Assembly (NCBI GenBank): GCA_965237955.1
Contig: OZ250169.1
Span: 6,784,001-6,848,000, forward strand
From: Candidatus Marinacidobacterales bacterium
GTDB lineage: Bacteria > Acidobacteriota > Vicinamibacteria > Marinacidobacterales > SMYC01
Reading direction: 5' to 3'
Length of the DNA stretch: 64,000 nucleotides
A program made the translations under genes and the position numbers. The notes under the pieces were generated by a model. That model was not told the origin of the DNA and made no database searches. It worked only from the letters and a program-made list of their open reading frames with translations. Shown piece by piece: positions 31,196 to 41,176 of the stretch (its first letter is position 1; every line of letters begins with the position of its first letter).

Positions 31196-31270
31196 CGCCC
31201 GCGCTCCGACGAGCAAGTTGCCCCCTGCCCCTGCCCTTGCCCCTCCGGGCAGACGCAGGGGGGCTGTTCG

Positions 31271-31813
31271 TCAGCGCTCGTGCTCGAAGTAGCCTCGGGT
31301 CAGGCTCGTACCCAGTATCTCTATCCTGTCCTCCGGCAGTTTCGCGAGGACACCGTACACTCTCACCGCAGGAAGCGTGGGGCGGCGTGATACGTCGACT
31401 TGAACGACGTAGATCTCGAGCTTCTTGAACTTATACACGACCCTCCCTTCGGCGTCGACGCCGGTGAGCTCCAAGTCGGCTCTCTCGGCCGCAGCACCTT
31501 CCAATACGCGCCCGTTCTGCGTCAGTACGATATCGGCTTCGCGCGCCACCCGGACGCTTGCTCGGAGATCGCCGAGATGATCTACGACGAACGCGCTACC
31601 TTCGTTCGGCGCGAGCCCGAGTCCATCCGCGGCGACGCGGTTCCGCGCTTGCTCGAAGCCGGCGTGCGCAATGAACTCTTCCGAGATGGTGTCGCGGTAA
31701 TCCAAGGACTGGCGCTGCCACTTGAGAGCCAGCGTTGCCAGTAGGAGTGTCGGCGGAAGGAGAACCGCGATCGCGACGAGGACGACAACGAGCGCGGCGC
31801 CGTGCGAATTCAA
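31271..31813 (-). CDS. PilX/GspK-like minor pilin
   Basis: HG|AALVVVL prepilin-like N-terminus lacking Glu5; overlaps the upstream pilin stop. Confidence 0.6.
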   Translation of the reverse strand: MNSHGAALVVVLVAIAVLLPPTLLLATLALKWQRQSLDYRDTISEEFIAHAGFEQARNRVAADGLGLAPNEGSAFVVDHLGDLRASVRVAREADIVLTQNGRVLEGAAAERADLELTGVDAEGRVVYKFKKLEIYVVQVDVSRRPTLPAVRVYGVLAKLPEDRIEILGTSLTRGYFEHER

Positions 31814-34437
31814 TACCCGACTTTTTTCCAAGCGTGCATCCTTACTTCAGGGGCGAGGCCCGAGCCGCGTTCGACGACGCCGGCGGCCAGCCCGACTGCG
31901 TAGCGCCCGGACGGACGCGGGAGATCGAACTTCAGCACGAGATTGGCTTCCTTGGCTCCCATGTAGAGAGAGCCCAAGGCGTCGAACGCCACGAAGTCGA
32001 GCTCGTCGGTCCTGAGCACGTTCATCCTGACGGGAAGCTCGCTCGGATGGAACGGGATCTCCGTCGTGGCAACGTCGCCTTCCTCCAACTTCCTCTGCCA
32101 GGCTTCGAGCGAGAAAAGCATTCGCGGCTCCTCGGGTGGCATTCCAACCGAGCTCGTCGCGGTCTCGATCCAGGCACGGCTGAGCTCGACCACCACGAAG
32201 TCGCCGATCGTCGAACGAACGAGCGCGAACAAATGGCCGTCGATCGGATCCCGAGTCAACGAAATCCCCACCCCGGGCAGTGCTCCAACGAGCTCCGGCT
32301 CCACCGGCGACAACGTCTCGTCGAACGCCATTTTCCAAAGCGAGCCACGGCCGGCTCGGTCCAACAAGAAGTAGAGATACCCATCCGTGCCTTCGATGAT
32401 CGTGCCGGGCGTTCCGGCCAACCGGAAGACGTGCTCCGGCCGCCCCGGCTGACCCTGAGGATCGAATTGGTAACGATAGATAGCGCCTTTTTCACGACTG
32501 GTGACGTAGAGAGCGTCGTCGACGGCGAACGCCATGCCACCCGCCTGCGCAATCGCTTCCGTGCCTACGAAAACCGTGACTTCCGAGTCCTTCGAGATAC
32601 CGCCGCCCGTGTCGGGTGCGACACGCGAGAGGTGGCCGATGCGAAGGCCCCACGCAGCGACGAACAACGAGCCCGCGAGAGGCCCCCTCTCGGGCCCGAA
32701 CGTCAACGTCACCGGCGCCCTCACGTCCTCGAACAACGCGATGTCGTCCACGCGTGCCTCGTTGAATCGGTTTTCCATCAGGAAGGTGTACGCGTACGCG
32801 GGATCCCGGTGGGGGTTCGCGCCGGCCGCGAGGATCACTCCCCAATCAGCGCCCGCGCGCGACGCGACGCCGGCCGGATAGTCGATGGGATGAAAATATC
32901 GAGACAGTCGCAGGCCCGCGTACCGGCTTTCAAAGTCGACAGTGCCGGAACTCGGCGTCAACGCGACGGCGGTTACAAACGACAGCGGCGCGAGCGCATC
33001 TGCTCCCGGGAGAAACCGCACGCGAACGCGTACGGTCTTCAGCTCGTCGCCGTCTTCGACTTTTCCCGACGCGATGGGTTCTCCACGCTCGTCCAAATAC
33101 TCGAATGCGAGCGAGACGACGTCGCGCGAGAGCACGCGAGCTCCCACGCCGACGACGTCTTTCACGAGCTCCATCACACCGTCGCCTTCCGCTTCCCGCA
33201 GGAAGTAACGCACTTCGCGCAGACCAAACACCCTCCCTCCCGTGTCTCGAGAGAACCGATAGCGAAACGATCCATCTGCCGATTCCAGCGAGCGCAGCGC
33301 CATCGTGGTCTCGGACGCGCGCACGACTTCGGCCACCTCGTGCCGCCCACGCGCATCCGTCAAGAGCGCGATATCGCCTTTGTCGAACGAGTCGGCGCCG
33401 GCGAGGGCGACGTCCTCTCCCGGCTGCTGGAGCTCGGAAAGAAACACTCCGGCCGTAATGTTCGGATTTGACCGCACGGTGAGCGACGACGGCCCCACGC
33501 GCTCGCCTGGGACTCTCGGCAAAACGCTCGCAATACCAACGCCTAAACCGTGCCCCGCCAACGACAGCTCGTACGCGATGTCGTCGAGCGCGAGCGTCGC
33601 GCTGGCAGAGGTGGTCGCAAGCTCGGTCTGAGCTTCGTACACGCGCCGGACATGCTGCATCGTCTGAGCCACGAGTGCCATGACCACGAGGGTGATAGAG
33701 AGAGCAAGAAGCACCTCGAGCAGCGCGAACCCGGACTTCAACCTCTCCCCCTTCCCGCCTTCGCGAGTAGCTTTCGCCTCCAGGGAGAGGTCGGCTCGCG
33801 CACGCGAGCCGGGTGAGTGGGAGCGACTAAACGCTCCAGTTCTCAAAAACCCAACACAAAGCGTGAACGTGTCAGAAGCCATCATGATGAACGTGTGCGT
33901 GTGATGCACGAGCACCCAGTCGCGCATTCCTTCGAGTTTCGTGTTCTCGACGCGCACGACGCCGTCGTTGGGCTCGTTGAAGCCGACGCGGTGCCCTCTG
34001 TCGCCCGCAACCACCCCAAACTCGACAGTGGGGACGGGAAGCTGCTGATAGAAGCTTCCATCCCCGAGCTTTTGACCGCTATCACCGGTCATCCACTTGT
34101 ACACGCGCGAGTGTCGCATCGAGCTCGCGAGCGCAGCGGGTCCGTTCGGCGGCGAGAGCATGACCACCCGCTTCAATCCGGAACGGTAGCCCGTACGAAA
34201 ACCGTTCCGCACGATGATGTTGCCGAGCGAATGCCCAATGAGGTGGTAAGCGGGAGCCTTCACCTCGTTGTCGATGAGAGCCTTGAGCCGTTGGGTGAGC
34301 TCGTCGAGCGATTCTCTCCGCGGAGAGTAGCCGAAGAGATGGGTCTCGTAGCCGCTCCGCCGGAGCCGCAAGGCGAGAAGCGCCATCGAAATCCACGAGC
34401 GGCCCATGCCGTGTAGCAAAACGACAGCCTCCGCCAT
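31810..34437 (-). CDS. alpha/beta hydrolase read in frame into a large PilW-like prepilin with C-terminal beta-rich/propeller domain (internal TTG 33741)
   Basis: LLHGMG, GHSLG, NDGVV, HTF; then SD GGAGAGG + LKSG|FALLEVLLAL. Confidence 0.75.
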   Translation of the reverse strand: MAEAVVLLHGMGRSWISMALLALRLRRSGYETHLFGYSPRRESLDELTQRLKALIDNEVKAPAYHLIGHSLGNIIVRNGFRTGYRSGLKRVVMLSPPNGPAALASSMRHSRVYKWMTGDSGQKLGDGSFYQQLPVPTVEFGVVAGDRGHRVGFNEPNDGVVRVENTKLEGMRDWVLVHHTHTFIMMASDTFTLCVGFLRTGAFSRSHSPGSRARADLSLEAKATREGGKGERLKSGFALLEVLLALSITLVVMALVAQTMQHVRRVYEAQTELATTSASATLALDDIAYELSLAGHGLGVGIASVLPRVPGERVGPSSLTVRSNPNITAGVFLSELQQPGEDVALAGADSFDKGDIALLTDARGRHEVAEVVRASETTMALRSLESADGSFRYRFSRDTGGRVFGLREVRYFLREAEGDGVMELVKDVVGVGARVLSRDVVSLAFEYLDERGEPIASGKVEDGDELKTVRVRVRFLPGADALAPLSFVTAVALTPSSGTVDFESRYAGLRLSRYFHPIDYPAGVASRAGADWGVILAAGANPHRDPAYAYTFLMENRFNEARVDDIALFEDVRAPVTLTFGPERGPLAGSLFVAAWGLRIGHLSRVAPDTGGGISKDSEVTVFVGTEAIAQAGGMAFAVDDALYVTSREKGAIYRYQFDPQGQPGRPEHVFRLAGTPGTIIEGTDGYLYFLLDRAGRGSLWKMAFDETLSPVEPELVGALPGVGISLTRDPIDGHLFALVRSTIGDFVVVELSRAWIETATSSVGMPPEEPRMLFSLEAWQRKLEEGDVATTEIPFHPSELPVRMNVLRTDELDFVAFDALGSLYMGAKEANLVLKFDLPRPSGRYAVGLAAGVVERGSGLAPEVRMHAWKKVGY

Positions 34438-34440
34438 GTA

Positions 34441-34989
34441 TCAGGCGAGCTCGGCGCCCGCGACGCGCTCGTAGACTTCGCGGTCCGATTCCGAGAAGCA
34501 GCAGAACACCACGCGCTCGGGCGTGACATTAGCTCGATGGGCTCGATGGGCTCGAAGCCACGCGCGGACGGCCGATTGGGCGACAACCGCGGCTTTGTCG
34601 ATCGGATAACCGTAAATGCCGGTCGAGATGCACGGGAACGCGATCGAGCCGAGCTCGGCGTTGGAGGCGAGATCGAGCGCGCTCCGGTAGCAGCTCGAAA
34701 GAAGCTCGGGCTCCCCTTCGCCGCCGCCGCTCCAGACCGGCCCGACCGCGTGGATCACGTACCTTGCCGGAAGTCGAAAGCCTTCGGTCATCTTCGCCTC
34801 GCCCGTCCGAGCGCCACCGAGACCGCGGCACACCTCCAAGAGCTCGGGTCCAGCGGCCCGATGAATGGCGCCGTCGACGCCGCCACCGCCCAAAAGGCTC
34901 GAGTTCGCCGCGTTGACGATGGCGTCCACGTCCAGGCTGGTGATGTCGTCGCACACGACCTCGACCCGGCCGTCCAGATAGATCGGCAA
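34441..34989 (-). CDS. macro domain protein (O-acetyl-ADP-ribose deacetylase type)
   Basis: [45 protein letters not shown]; start approximate. Confidence 0.93.
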   Translation of the reverse strand: MPIYLDGRVEVVCDDITSLDVDAIVNAANSSLLGGGGVDGAIHRAAGPELLEVCRGLGGARTGEAKMTEGFRLPARYVIHAVGPVWSGGGEGEPELLSSCYRSALDLASNAELGSIAFPCISTGIYGYPIDKAAVVAQSAVRAWLRAHRAHRANVTPERVVFCCFSESDREVYERVAGAELA

Positions 34990-37791
34990 GAAACGAAACC
35001 TCCCGGAAGCACCATGATAGCTCCCATTTGCTATTCTAAAGGTAGATCCACAAAACAAACCGAGGTTCCAGGCGTGGGCTCGACGCCCGCGAACCGAGCG
35101 ATTCTGCATGTCTGACCGCTACGTTCTGATCGTCAATGAAAACGACGCCTTCTGCGATCGCCTTTCGCAACTCCTTCCATCTCATGGAGTTCGCATGGTG
35201 ATCGCGAACGACAACGACAGCGAGACGCTCTCGTTACTGGCTCGGCATCGACCGAAGCTCGTCTTCATCTCCGTGGAGCTACCGGACAAAAAAGGCTTCT
35301 CGCTGTTCACCAAGGTCAAGAAGGCCCAGCGCAACGTGCCGGTCGTGCTCACGACCTCGACGGTCTCGAAAGCCGACATGAAGCTCCACGAGAAGCTCCG
35401 CATCCACGCGTCGGCTTACATCGACAAGCGCGAACTGACTGACGAACTACTCGCCGAGATTCTCGAGGCGCGGGGGTTCTCGAACACCGCACCCGAAGAG
35501 GGAGAGGCTGCGCCTGAAGCCGAGGCCGCTGAGCTCGTCCGCGGCGAACCACTCGACACCGCGCCGAGCGACGAGAAACCTGAACATCGTGAGGCGGATA
35601 TCGACCCGAGGCTCACACAGTTTCTCGATCCCGAAACCGCGGCGACCTTCGACGAGATTGACGAAGAAGCATCCGAGTTCACGCGAGTGCCGAAGACGAA
35701 GGCCGGAGACGTGTCGCCCGAACGCCTCGCCGAGCTCGAAGACCTCGCCGCGCGACTCGAGGACGAGCTCGAGCAAGCGCGCAGCGACGCGCGGAGTTCT
35801 CCGTTCACGAGCGAGTTCGTCACGTTGCGCGAAGCAGCGAACCGCAAAGAGGAAGAAATTGTAGCGCTCAAAGAGACGATCAGCCGTCGTGACGGCTACG
35901 TGTTGGTCGTCAAGCGCGAGCTCGCCGAGCTCGCCAAAAAGCTCGTGGATGCACAAAAAGACCACGAACAAAGCGCGGAGGAAGCGACCGAGCTCGAAGA
36001 GCGCCTGGACAGCACACAGAAAAAACTGGAGCACATTGCCGCCGAGCTCGAGGAGCAACAGCGGCTCCACGAGCGCGAAATCGAAGCTCTCAAGGAGGCT
36101 CTGTCGGAGGAGCAAGTCCGCGTGACGGTCACCCGTCACGAGCTCGAAGGCCAGATCACGGAGCTACGCGCGGAGCGGACCAAGTTGGTTCAGGAAGGCG
36201 AGGAGTCACACCAGAAAGCGCTCAAGGAGCTCGAGACGATCCTTCGGGAGGAAAGGGCGACCGCAATCGCCGACCTCAAGGAGAAATACACAGAAAAGCT
36301 GAAAGAGGTCGACGAAAGTCGCGGTCGAACGCTTACAGAAGCTCGCGCCGAGCACGAAAAGGAGATCGCGGCGCTGCACGAAATGCATATCGCAGCTCTC
36401 GAGCGCGCCGCGGCTGAAGCTTCCGAAGCGACGGGCGACGCGGCGGCCAAGAGTGCCGAAGGCCTCGAGCAGTCGAACGCGCAGCGGGTCGCGGAGCTCG
36501 CGCAGGCGGAGCAAAAACGTTCTGCGGATCTCGAAGCCGCCGAAAAGCGACACCGTGCCAAGCTAGAATCGCTACTCCAAAAAAACGGCGCCGAGCGCGA
36601 AGAGCTCGAGAAGAAAGCGGACGCCGCAGTCAACGCCAATGAGAGCATGCTGGACGAGGTCAACGCGAAAGTCCAGGACGTCCTCAAGAGCTGGGAGAAG
36701 GAGCGCCAAAGCCACCACCAGACCCGTGAGCGCTACGAGACGGACCTCGCGGGCCTTCAGGCCGAACACACCAAACACTTGGAGCAGACCGAGCAGGATC
36801 AGTTCTCGGTGCTCGCGGGGCTGTCCCGGAAGTTCCGCGACGAACGGACCAAGGCGCTCGAGGCCGAGCGCGCCCGAGGAGAGTTGAAGCTCGAGGAGCT
36901 CAACCACGAGCACGCTGGCGCGCTCGCATCGCGCAACAAACTGCACCAGGAAAAGACAGAGAGCCTGAGGACGGCCCACGAGAGTGCGCTCGCCGAGAAG
37001 GGCCTGGAAATCGAGCAAAAAATCGCGGACGCGATCGAGCGCGCCACGAGCTCGCTCACGAAGGAACACGAGGAAGCCCGGCAGAGCCACGCGAATCAGC
37101 TGGCTTCACTCAGGCAGAGCAAGGAGCAAGACATCGGTTCACTCCAGGCGAGCCACATGGAAGCGCTGGCCAAAAAGGATCAGGAAGCGCAACAGGCTCT
37201 GCGAGAAGGCGTCGAGCAGGTGAAAGCCGACACCGGCGACCAGATCGAGCAACTTCAAGAGGAACATGCCCAAGCGCTTGCGGCCCTCCGCAAGGACTAC
37301 GAGGAGGAGCTCGGGACCCTGGAAGAGCTGCATCGAAGCGCCGTGTCCCATCACGAAAGTGCTGCGCGCACGACTCTGAGGAGCGTCGAGGACGAACGGG
37401 ACGAGGCGCGGGTGGTGCTCGACGGGGTCCGCGCCGAGATGGCGGAGATGGCGGCCAAACACCGCTCAACCGTGTCTGTGCTCGAAGAACAACAAAAGGC
37501 CGAGCTCAAAGATCTCAAGGACGAGGCAAAAGCCAAGGTTTCGCAGCTCGAGGACGAGAAGCAATTCCTCGCATCCTCCGTCGAGAAGCTGAAACGTCAG
37601 TCAACCGGAGAGCTCGAGCGAGCCACCGATGCGCTCGCGCACGAAAAACAGCTCCACCAGGCCAACCGGAACCGCTACGAACGGCGGGTGACGGAGCTCA
37701 AGAGCCGGCACGCTGAAGGCCTCAAGCGCGTCGAGAACGACTGGATGCAAAAGCTCGAGCACCTCGAGAAAAATATGCCTCTCCTGCCATT

Positions 37792-39012
37792 TCAGTGGAT
37801 CCTCTCGAGGGTGAGACCGCCACAGTTTAGGTAGACGAGACTGATGAGAGCTTCGGCAGAGTGGAGTCCAAAGCTGCGGTGGCTCAGCAGCCGGATTTTG
37901 TTGTTCATTCCTTCGAGTCGGCCGTTGCTGAGTCTCCACGTGACCCACGCGATGACGCCATCGAAGTGGCTGCGGATCATCTTCGCCGCGCGTTTGACGG
38001 GCTCTATCCTCGAGCTCATAGCGCGCCGCAGCCATCCTCGGAGAAACTTCTTGGCCCATGTCTCGGTTTTGTAGGTGTAGAGGTCCATGAAGTCGTCGCG
38101 CAGAAGCATGGCGCGGTAGAGGCGACGATTAGCTCGCACCTGCTCGCGGAGCACCCGTTTGTCTTTCGCGCTGCGGTTGTGTTTGGCCTTGAGAAGGGGA
38201 AACTTGGTGTTCTTGAGGTTGCGCCGGGCAGTCCCTTTGAGCTCGCGCACCAGCTCGCGCCGGGTCTTATCCACGGCCTCGTTCAGATGCTTGACGATGT
38301 GGAAGCGGTCAAAGATCACCCGTGCCTGAGGAGCCTTTTTGCCGACGACAGTTATGTACGGCTCCCACATGTCCATGCTGACCGCTTCGAGCTCCGCGGC
38401 TCTTTGTGGTCCGAGCTTGCGGAAAAACCGCAGCAGCGTCTTGGCCTTGCGCTCCTTTCCCGCCCAGACGACCCGGCCGCTGAGATGGTCTATTACCACT
38501 GTTAAGTACTTGTGGCGTTTGCGGTAGCTGATCTCGTCCATCCCAATCACCCGCAATCCATCGAGCTCGCGCCGCTCATCCCGCTGCTCGGCAACCACTC
38601 GCTGGATGATCCGTCGCACCGAACGCCACGTCACTCGGAAATAGTTCGCTACGGCGCTGACGTCCGTCCTCTGTGCCAGCCACGCTACCTCTTGTTCGAA
38701 GCTTTTGGTAAAGCGGCTTCCCTTGTCGGCCCAAGGCACCTTTTCTCTGACCACTCCACACCGCCGACATAGCACTCGTCGGATCGAGTAGCGAAGATAG
38801 GTCCGGACTCCGAACAGGTCCAAGTGCCGCCAGTAGCGATTGTAGCGATCTTTGTTCTTGCGGACCTTTCGTCCGCAAATCCCGCACAGAGGCTTCCTCC
38901 TCCGTGGTACTACATCCACCACCACTCTGGCTTTGTCCGCCTGGAAGTGGAAACCTCGGACCCACAGGCCTTGCAATCCGATGAGCTTGTTGACTAACGT
39001 AGTAACGCGCAT
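37792..39012 (-). CDS. ISL3 family transposase
   Basis: One amino-acid difference from copy 1 (RRVV vs RRVL). Confidence 0.95.
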   Translation of the reverse strand: MRVTTLVNKLIGLQGLWVRGFHFQADKARVVVDVVPRRRKPLCGICGRKVRKNKDRYNRYWRHLDLFGVRTYLRYSIRRVLCRRCGVVREKVPWADKGSRFTKSFEQEVAWLAQRTDVSAVANYFRVTWRSVRRIIQRVVAEQRDERRELDGLRVIGMDEISYRKRHKYLTVVIDHLSGRVVWAGKERKAKTLLRFFRKLGPQRAAELEAVSMDMWEPYITVVGKKAPQARVIFDRFHIVKHLNEAVDKTRRELVRELKGTARRNLKNTKFPLLKAKHNRSAKDKRVLREQVRANRRLYRAMLLRDDFMDLYTYKTETWAKKFLRGWLRRAMSSRIEPVKRAAKMIRSHFDGVIAWVTWRLSNGRLEGMNNKIRLLSHRSFGLHSAEALISLVYLNCGGLTLERIH

Positions 39013-39300
39013 CGCGGGAACGCTCTTTTCTCTTTCGGAAAAAAAGATTCTAGCGTTCTCGCCGATGCGCATCTACACATGGCTTACCCTCTCAACCCAC
39101 GGGCCTCACCAAATGCCACTGCCCCTCAGCGGGAGACGAGGCTGTGGGAAACGCCCCCACGTTTGTTCTGGTCGTTCAGACCTTGCTCACGACTGAGTTC
39201 TCTTCGAAGCCTGGAAGGGCGTTTTCCATAGCCTCCACTAATCGAGCCCCCCCTTCCTTATTCCATATGAATTAATCTTTCTTGTATATATATCAGGAGG

Positions 39301-39453
39301 GGCCTGTGGGCGCTCGTGGGAAACGCGAAGCGTTTTCCAAGCGATTGTGGAAAACGCCGCTCCACGTTTGTACGTGCTCACAACCTTTCCCTAAACGCCT
39401 CTCTCGCCCGGAGTTTTCGGCGTTTTCCACAATCGCGGCAGCGTCCATAGGCC
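39301..39453. repeat. nested palindromic module inside the ISL3 non-coding end
   Basis: Outer GGCCTGTGGGCGCT / AGCGTCCATAGGCC; perfect 19-bp IR 39341-39359 / 39418-39436. Confidence 0.85.
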
Positions 39454-40109
39454 ATGCCCTCCAACACAAATCAGATCCCCCGAAACGACAGGAGAACCAA
39501 GAATATTAACGGGCGGAGCGAAAAGGCCGCGTCGACGGCGAAGCGCGACGGGAAGGCCAATCTCGAGAAAGTCCTCCTGCAGCACGAAGAAGCTAACGCT
39601 TCGCTTCGCAAAGAGTTCGAGATGGAACTGGCCACCTCGAAGCAACAAGTCCACCGTGCCAGCGGGTTCGAGGAGTCCTATCAGGAAGTTGCCCGCGAGC
39701 TCACGACGGTGCAAGGCCAGCTGGAGTCACTGACTCGGGACTTGGCTGACGCTCACGGGGAGCTCGCCGAGCGCGACAAGCTCGTCGCGAAGCACAAGAA
39801 GAAGGTCGCCGACAACAAAGAGACGATCGACTCACTGAAAACCGTGATCAACGACTTCTCCCGCTCTGTCGATGGCTACCTGCAAGATCGGGACGATCAG
39901 GATCAGACGATCTCGTCGCTCAAGAAAGTCATCGCGGACATGTATCGGAGCATTGATGGGGAAGAGCAGAATTGATCAGCATTCAGCCAGTCAGCATTCA
40001 GTATTCAGGATCTACGACAGAAGCGACGTTGCTAAAGGGCACGACGGAGATTTGAGCGCCCAGCGCCAACGGAGGCCAGCGGAACTGAATGCTGTATGCT
40101 GGGATGCTG

Positions 40110-40279
40110 CTACGACTGAATCTTTCTCAGCTTCTCCAAAATCTCATCGGCGATCTCCATCTCTTCTTGCGCCGAGAGCAGGTAACCGGGCAGAGTAGAC
40201 CGGTACTTTTGGCAGGCTTTCAATAAGAGCTCGACTTCCGCCGCCTGTAGATCTACCCGGCAGCCGTTGGCGGGAACAT
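40110..40279 (-). pseudogene. small helical protein, probable 1-nt frameshift just after the ATG
   Basis: SD GGAGGGG + ATG 40279 out of frame with VDLQAAEVELLLKACQKYRSTLPGYLLS... Confidence 0.4.
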
Positions 40280-40335
40280 TGTCCCCTCCATCGTCTTGCC
40301 GGGTAGATCCATTTCCTATCGGCTGCGCCGTACCC

Positions 40336-41157
40336 TTAGTTGTCTTTGTCAGAATCCGACTCGTCCGAGGTTTTCGGAGCCGGAGCGGCCGGCCGCGCAT
40401 CGAGCTTTGACTTGGCTTTCGGGCTCGGAACCGCCTTCGGGCGATCTTGAGCGAGTTGAGAGCTGCGCCGGGGGGAGATCTCTCTGCGGTCCTCGACGGT
40501 GACGAGAAGCACTGGCGGAATCACGTCCTCCATGCGCTTGCGATCATCGAAGAACGCGTTCCGGATGCTGGACGTGTGGATCGCGACTTCTTCCATCTCA
40601 GCGTTCTCGTCGTCTTCGAGAGCCGCAATCTTGTCGAGCACCTCGAGAATCGCGCGGTTCAGCGGATCGTCCTGCCCCTTCTCCTTGTCCAAGTGCTTGC
40701 CAATCGCATTGGAGTCCGCAATCGACAGTGGGTAGATGCGGTAGCCATCACGAGGCGAGCTGTAAACGGACTGGAGCACACCGAGGATCACCGAAAGGTT
40801 CTTCGCGTAGATGCCGCCTTTGTGCCAGCGCGTCATCATCGCGAGGATACGGCCGACGATGTACTTGTTCGGCTGCACACCCGAGAGGAGCAAGAACGGG
40901 TCCCGCTCACCGATGAGCGAGTCGATGACCCAATGGTTCTCGATCTCGAGCATCCGCAAAAACACTGGATAGTTTTCCGGGGTGATGCCGACACTGCTCA
41001 GAAACTGCGCGTAGGTTACCGCAGCTTCGACAGCTTCGGTGGTGCGGCAGCCGAACACACCTTGCAGCAGCAGGTTCTCGATCTCGCCGACACGTTCTTC
41101 GTTGGGCAAGCCTGTAATCTCGGCCTGGATTTTTACTGCTTCCATTACCTGAGCCAT
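40336..41157 (-). CDS. hypothetical protein, paralogue of 41177..41869
   Basis: SD GAGAGGT; shares LEIENHWV.D.LIGE.DPFLLLS, YSSPRDGY, GKHL.KEKGQ.DP.NR. Confidence 0.85.
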   Translation of the reverse strand: MAQVMEAVKIQAEITGLPNEERVGEIENLLLQGVFGCRTTEAVEAAVTYAQFLSSVGITPENYPVFLRMLEIENHWVIDSLIGERDPFLLLSGVQPNKYIVGRILAMMTRWHKGGIYAKNLSVILGVLQSVYSSPRDGYRIYPLSIADSNAIGKHLDKEKGQDDPLNRAILEVLDKIAALEDDENAEMEEVAIHTSSIRNAFFDDRKRMEDVIPPVLLVTVEDRREISPRRSSQLAQDRPKAVPSPKAKSKLDARPAAPAPKTSDESDSDKDN

Positions 41158-41176
41158 TGTTTTCTACCTCTCTCTT

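Larger units (their letters stand above)
37777..39498 (-). mobile_element. ISL3-family IS, copy 2 (1722 bp)
   Basis: Same IRs as copy 1; flanked by AAAAATAT / AAGAATAT. Confidence 0.95.
35108..39975 (+). pseudogene. receiver-like domain + long coiled-coil protein (~1050 aa) split by ISL3 at 37777..39498
   Basis: Degenerate REC N-terminus; heptad-rich helix; frame ...HLEKN|INGRSEK... resumes across the target duplication. Confidence 0.85.

Noticed and set aside
34441-34989. Macro domain as antitoxin to the RES toxin
   Set aside because: About 18 kb apart, housekeeping-type sequence, and RES already has a cognate Xre-type antitoxin
37777-39498. 908-aa and 173-aa ORFs as two independent genes
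   Set aside because: Their C- and N-terminal ends respectively are IS sequence; they are halves of one interrupted gene
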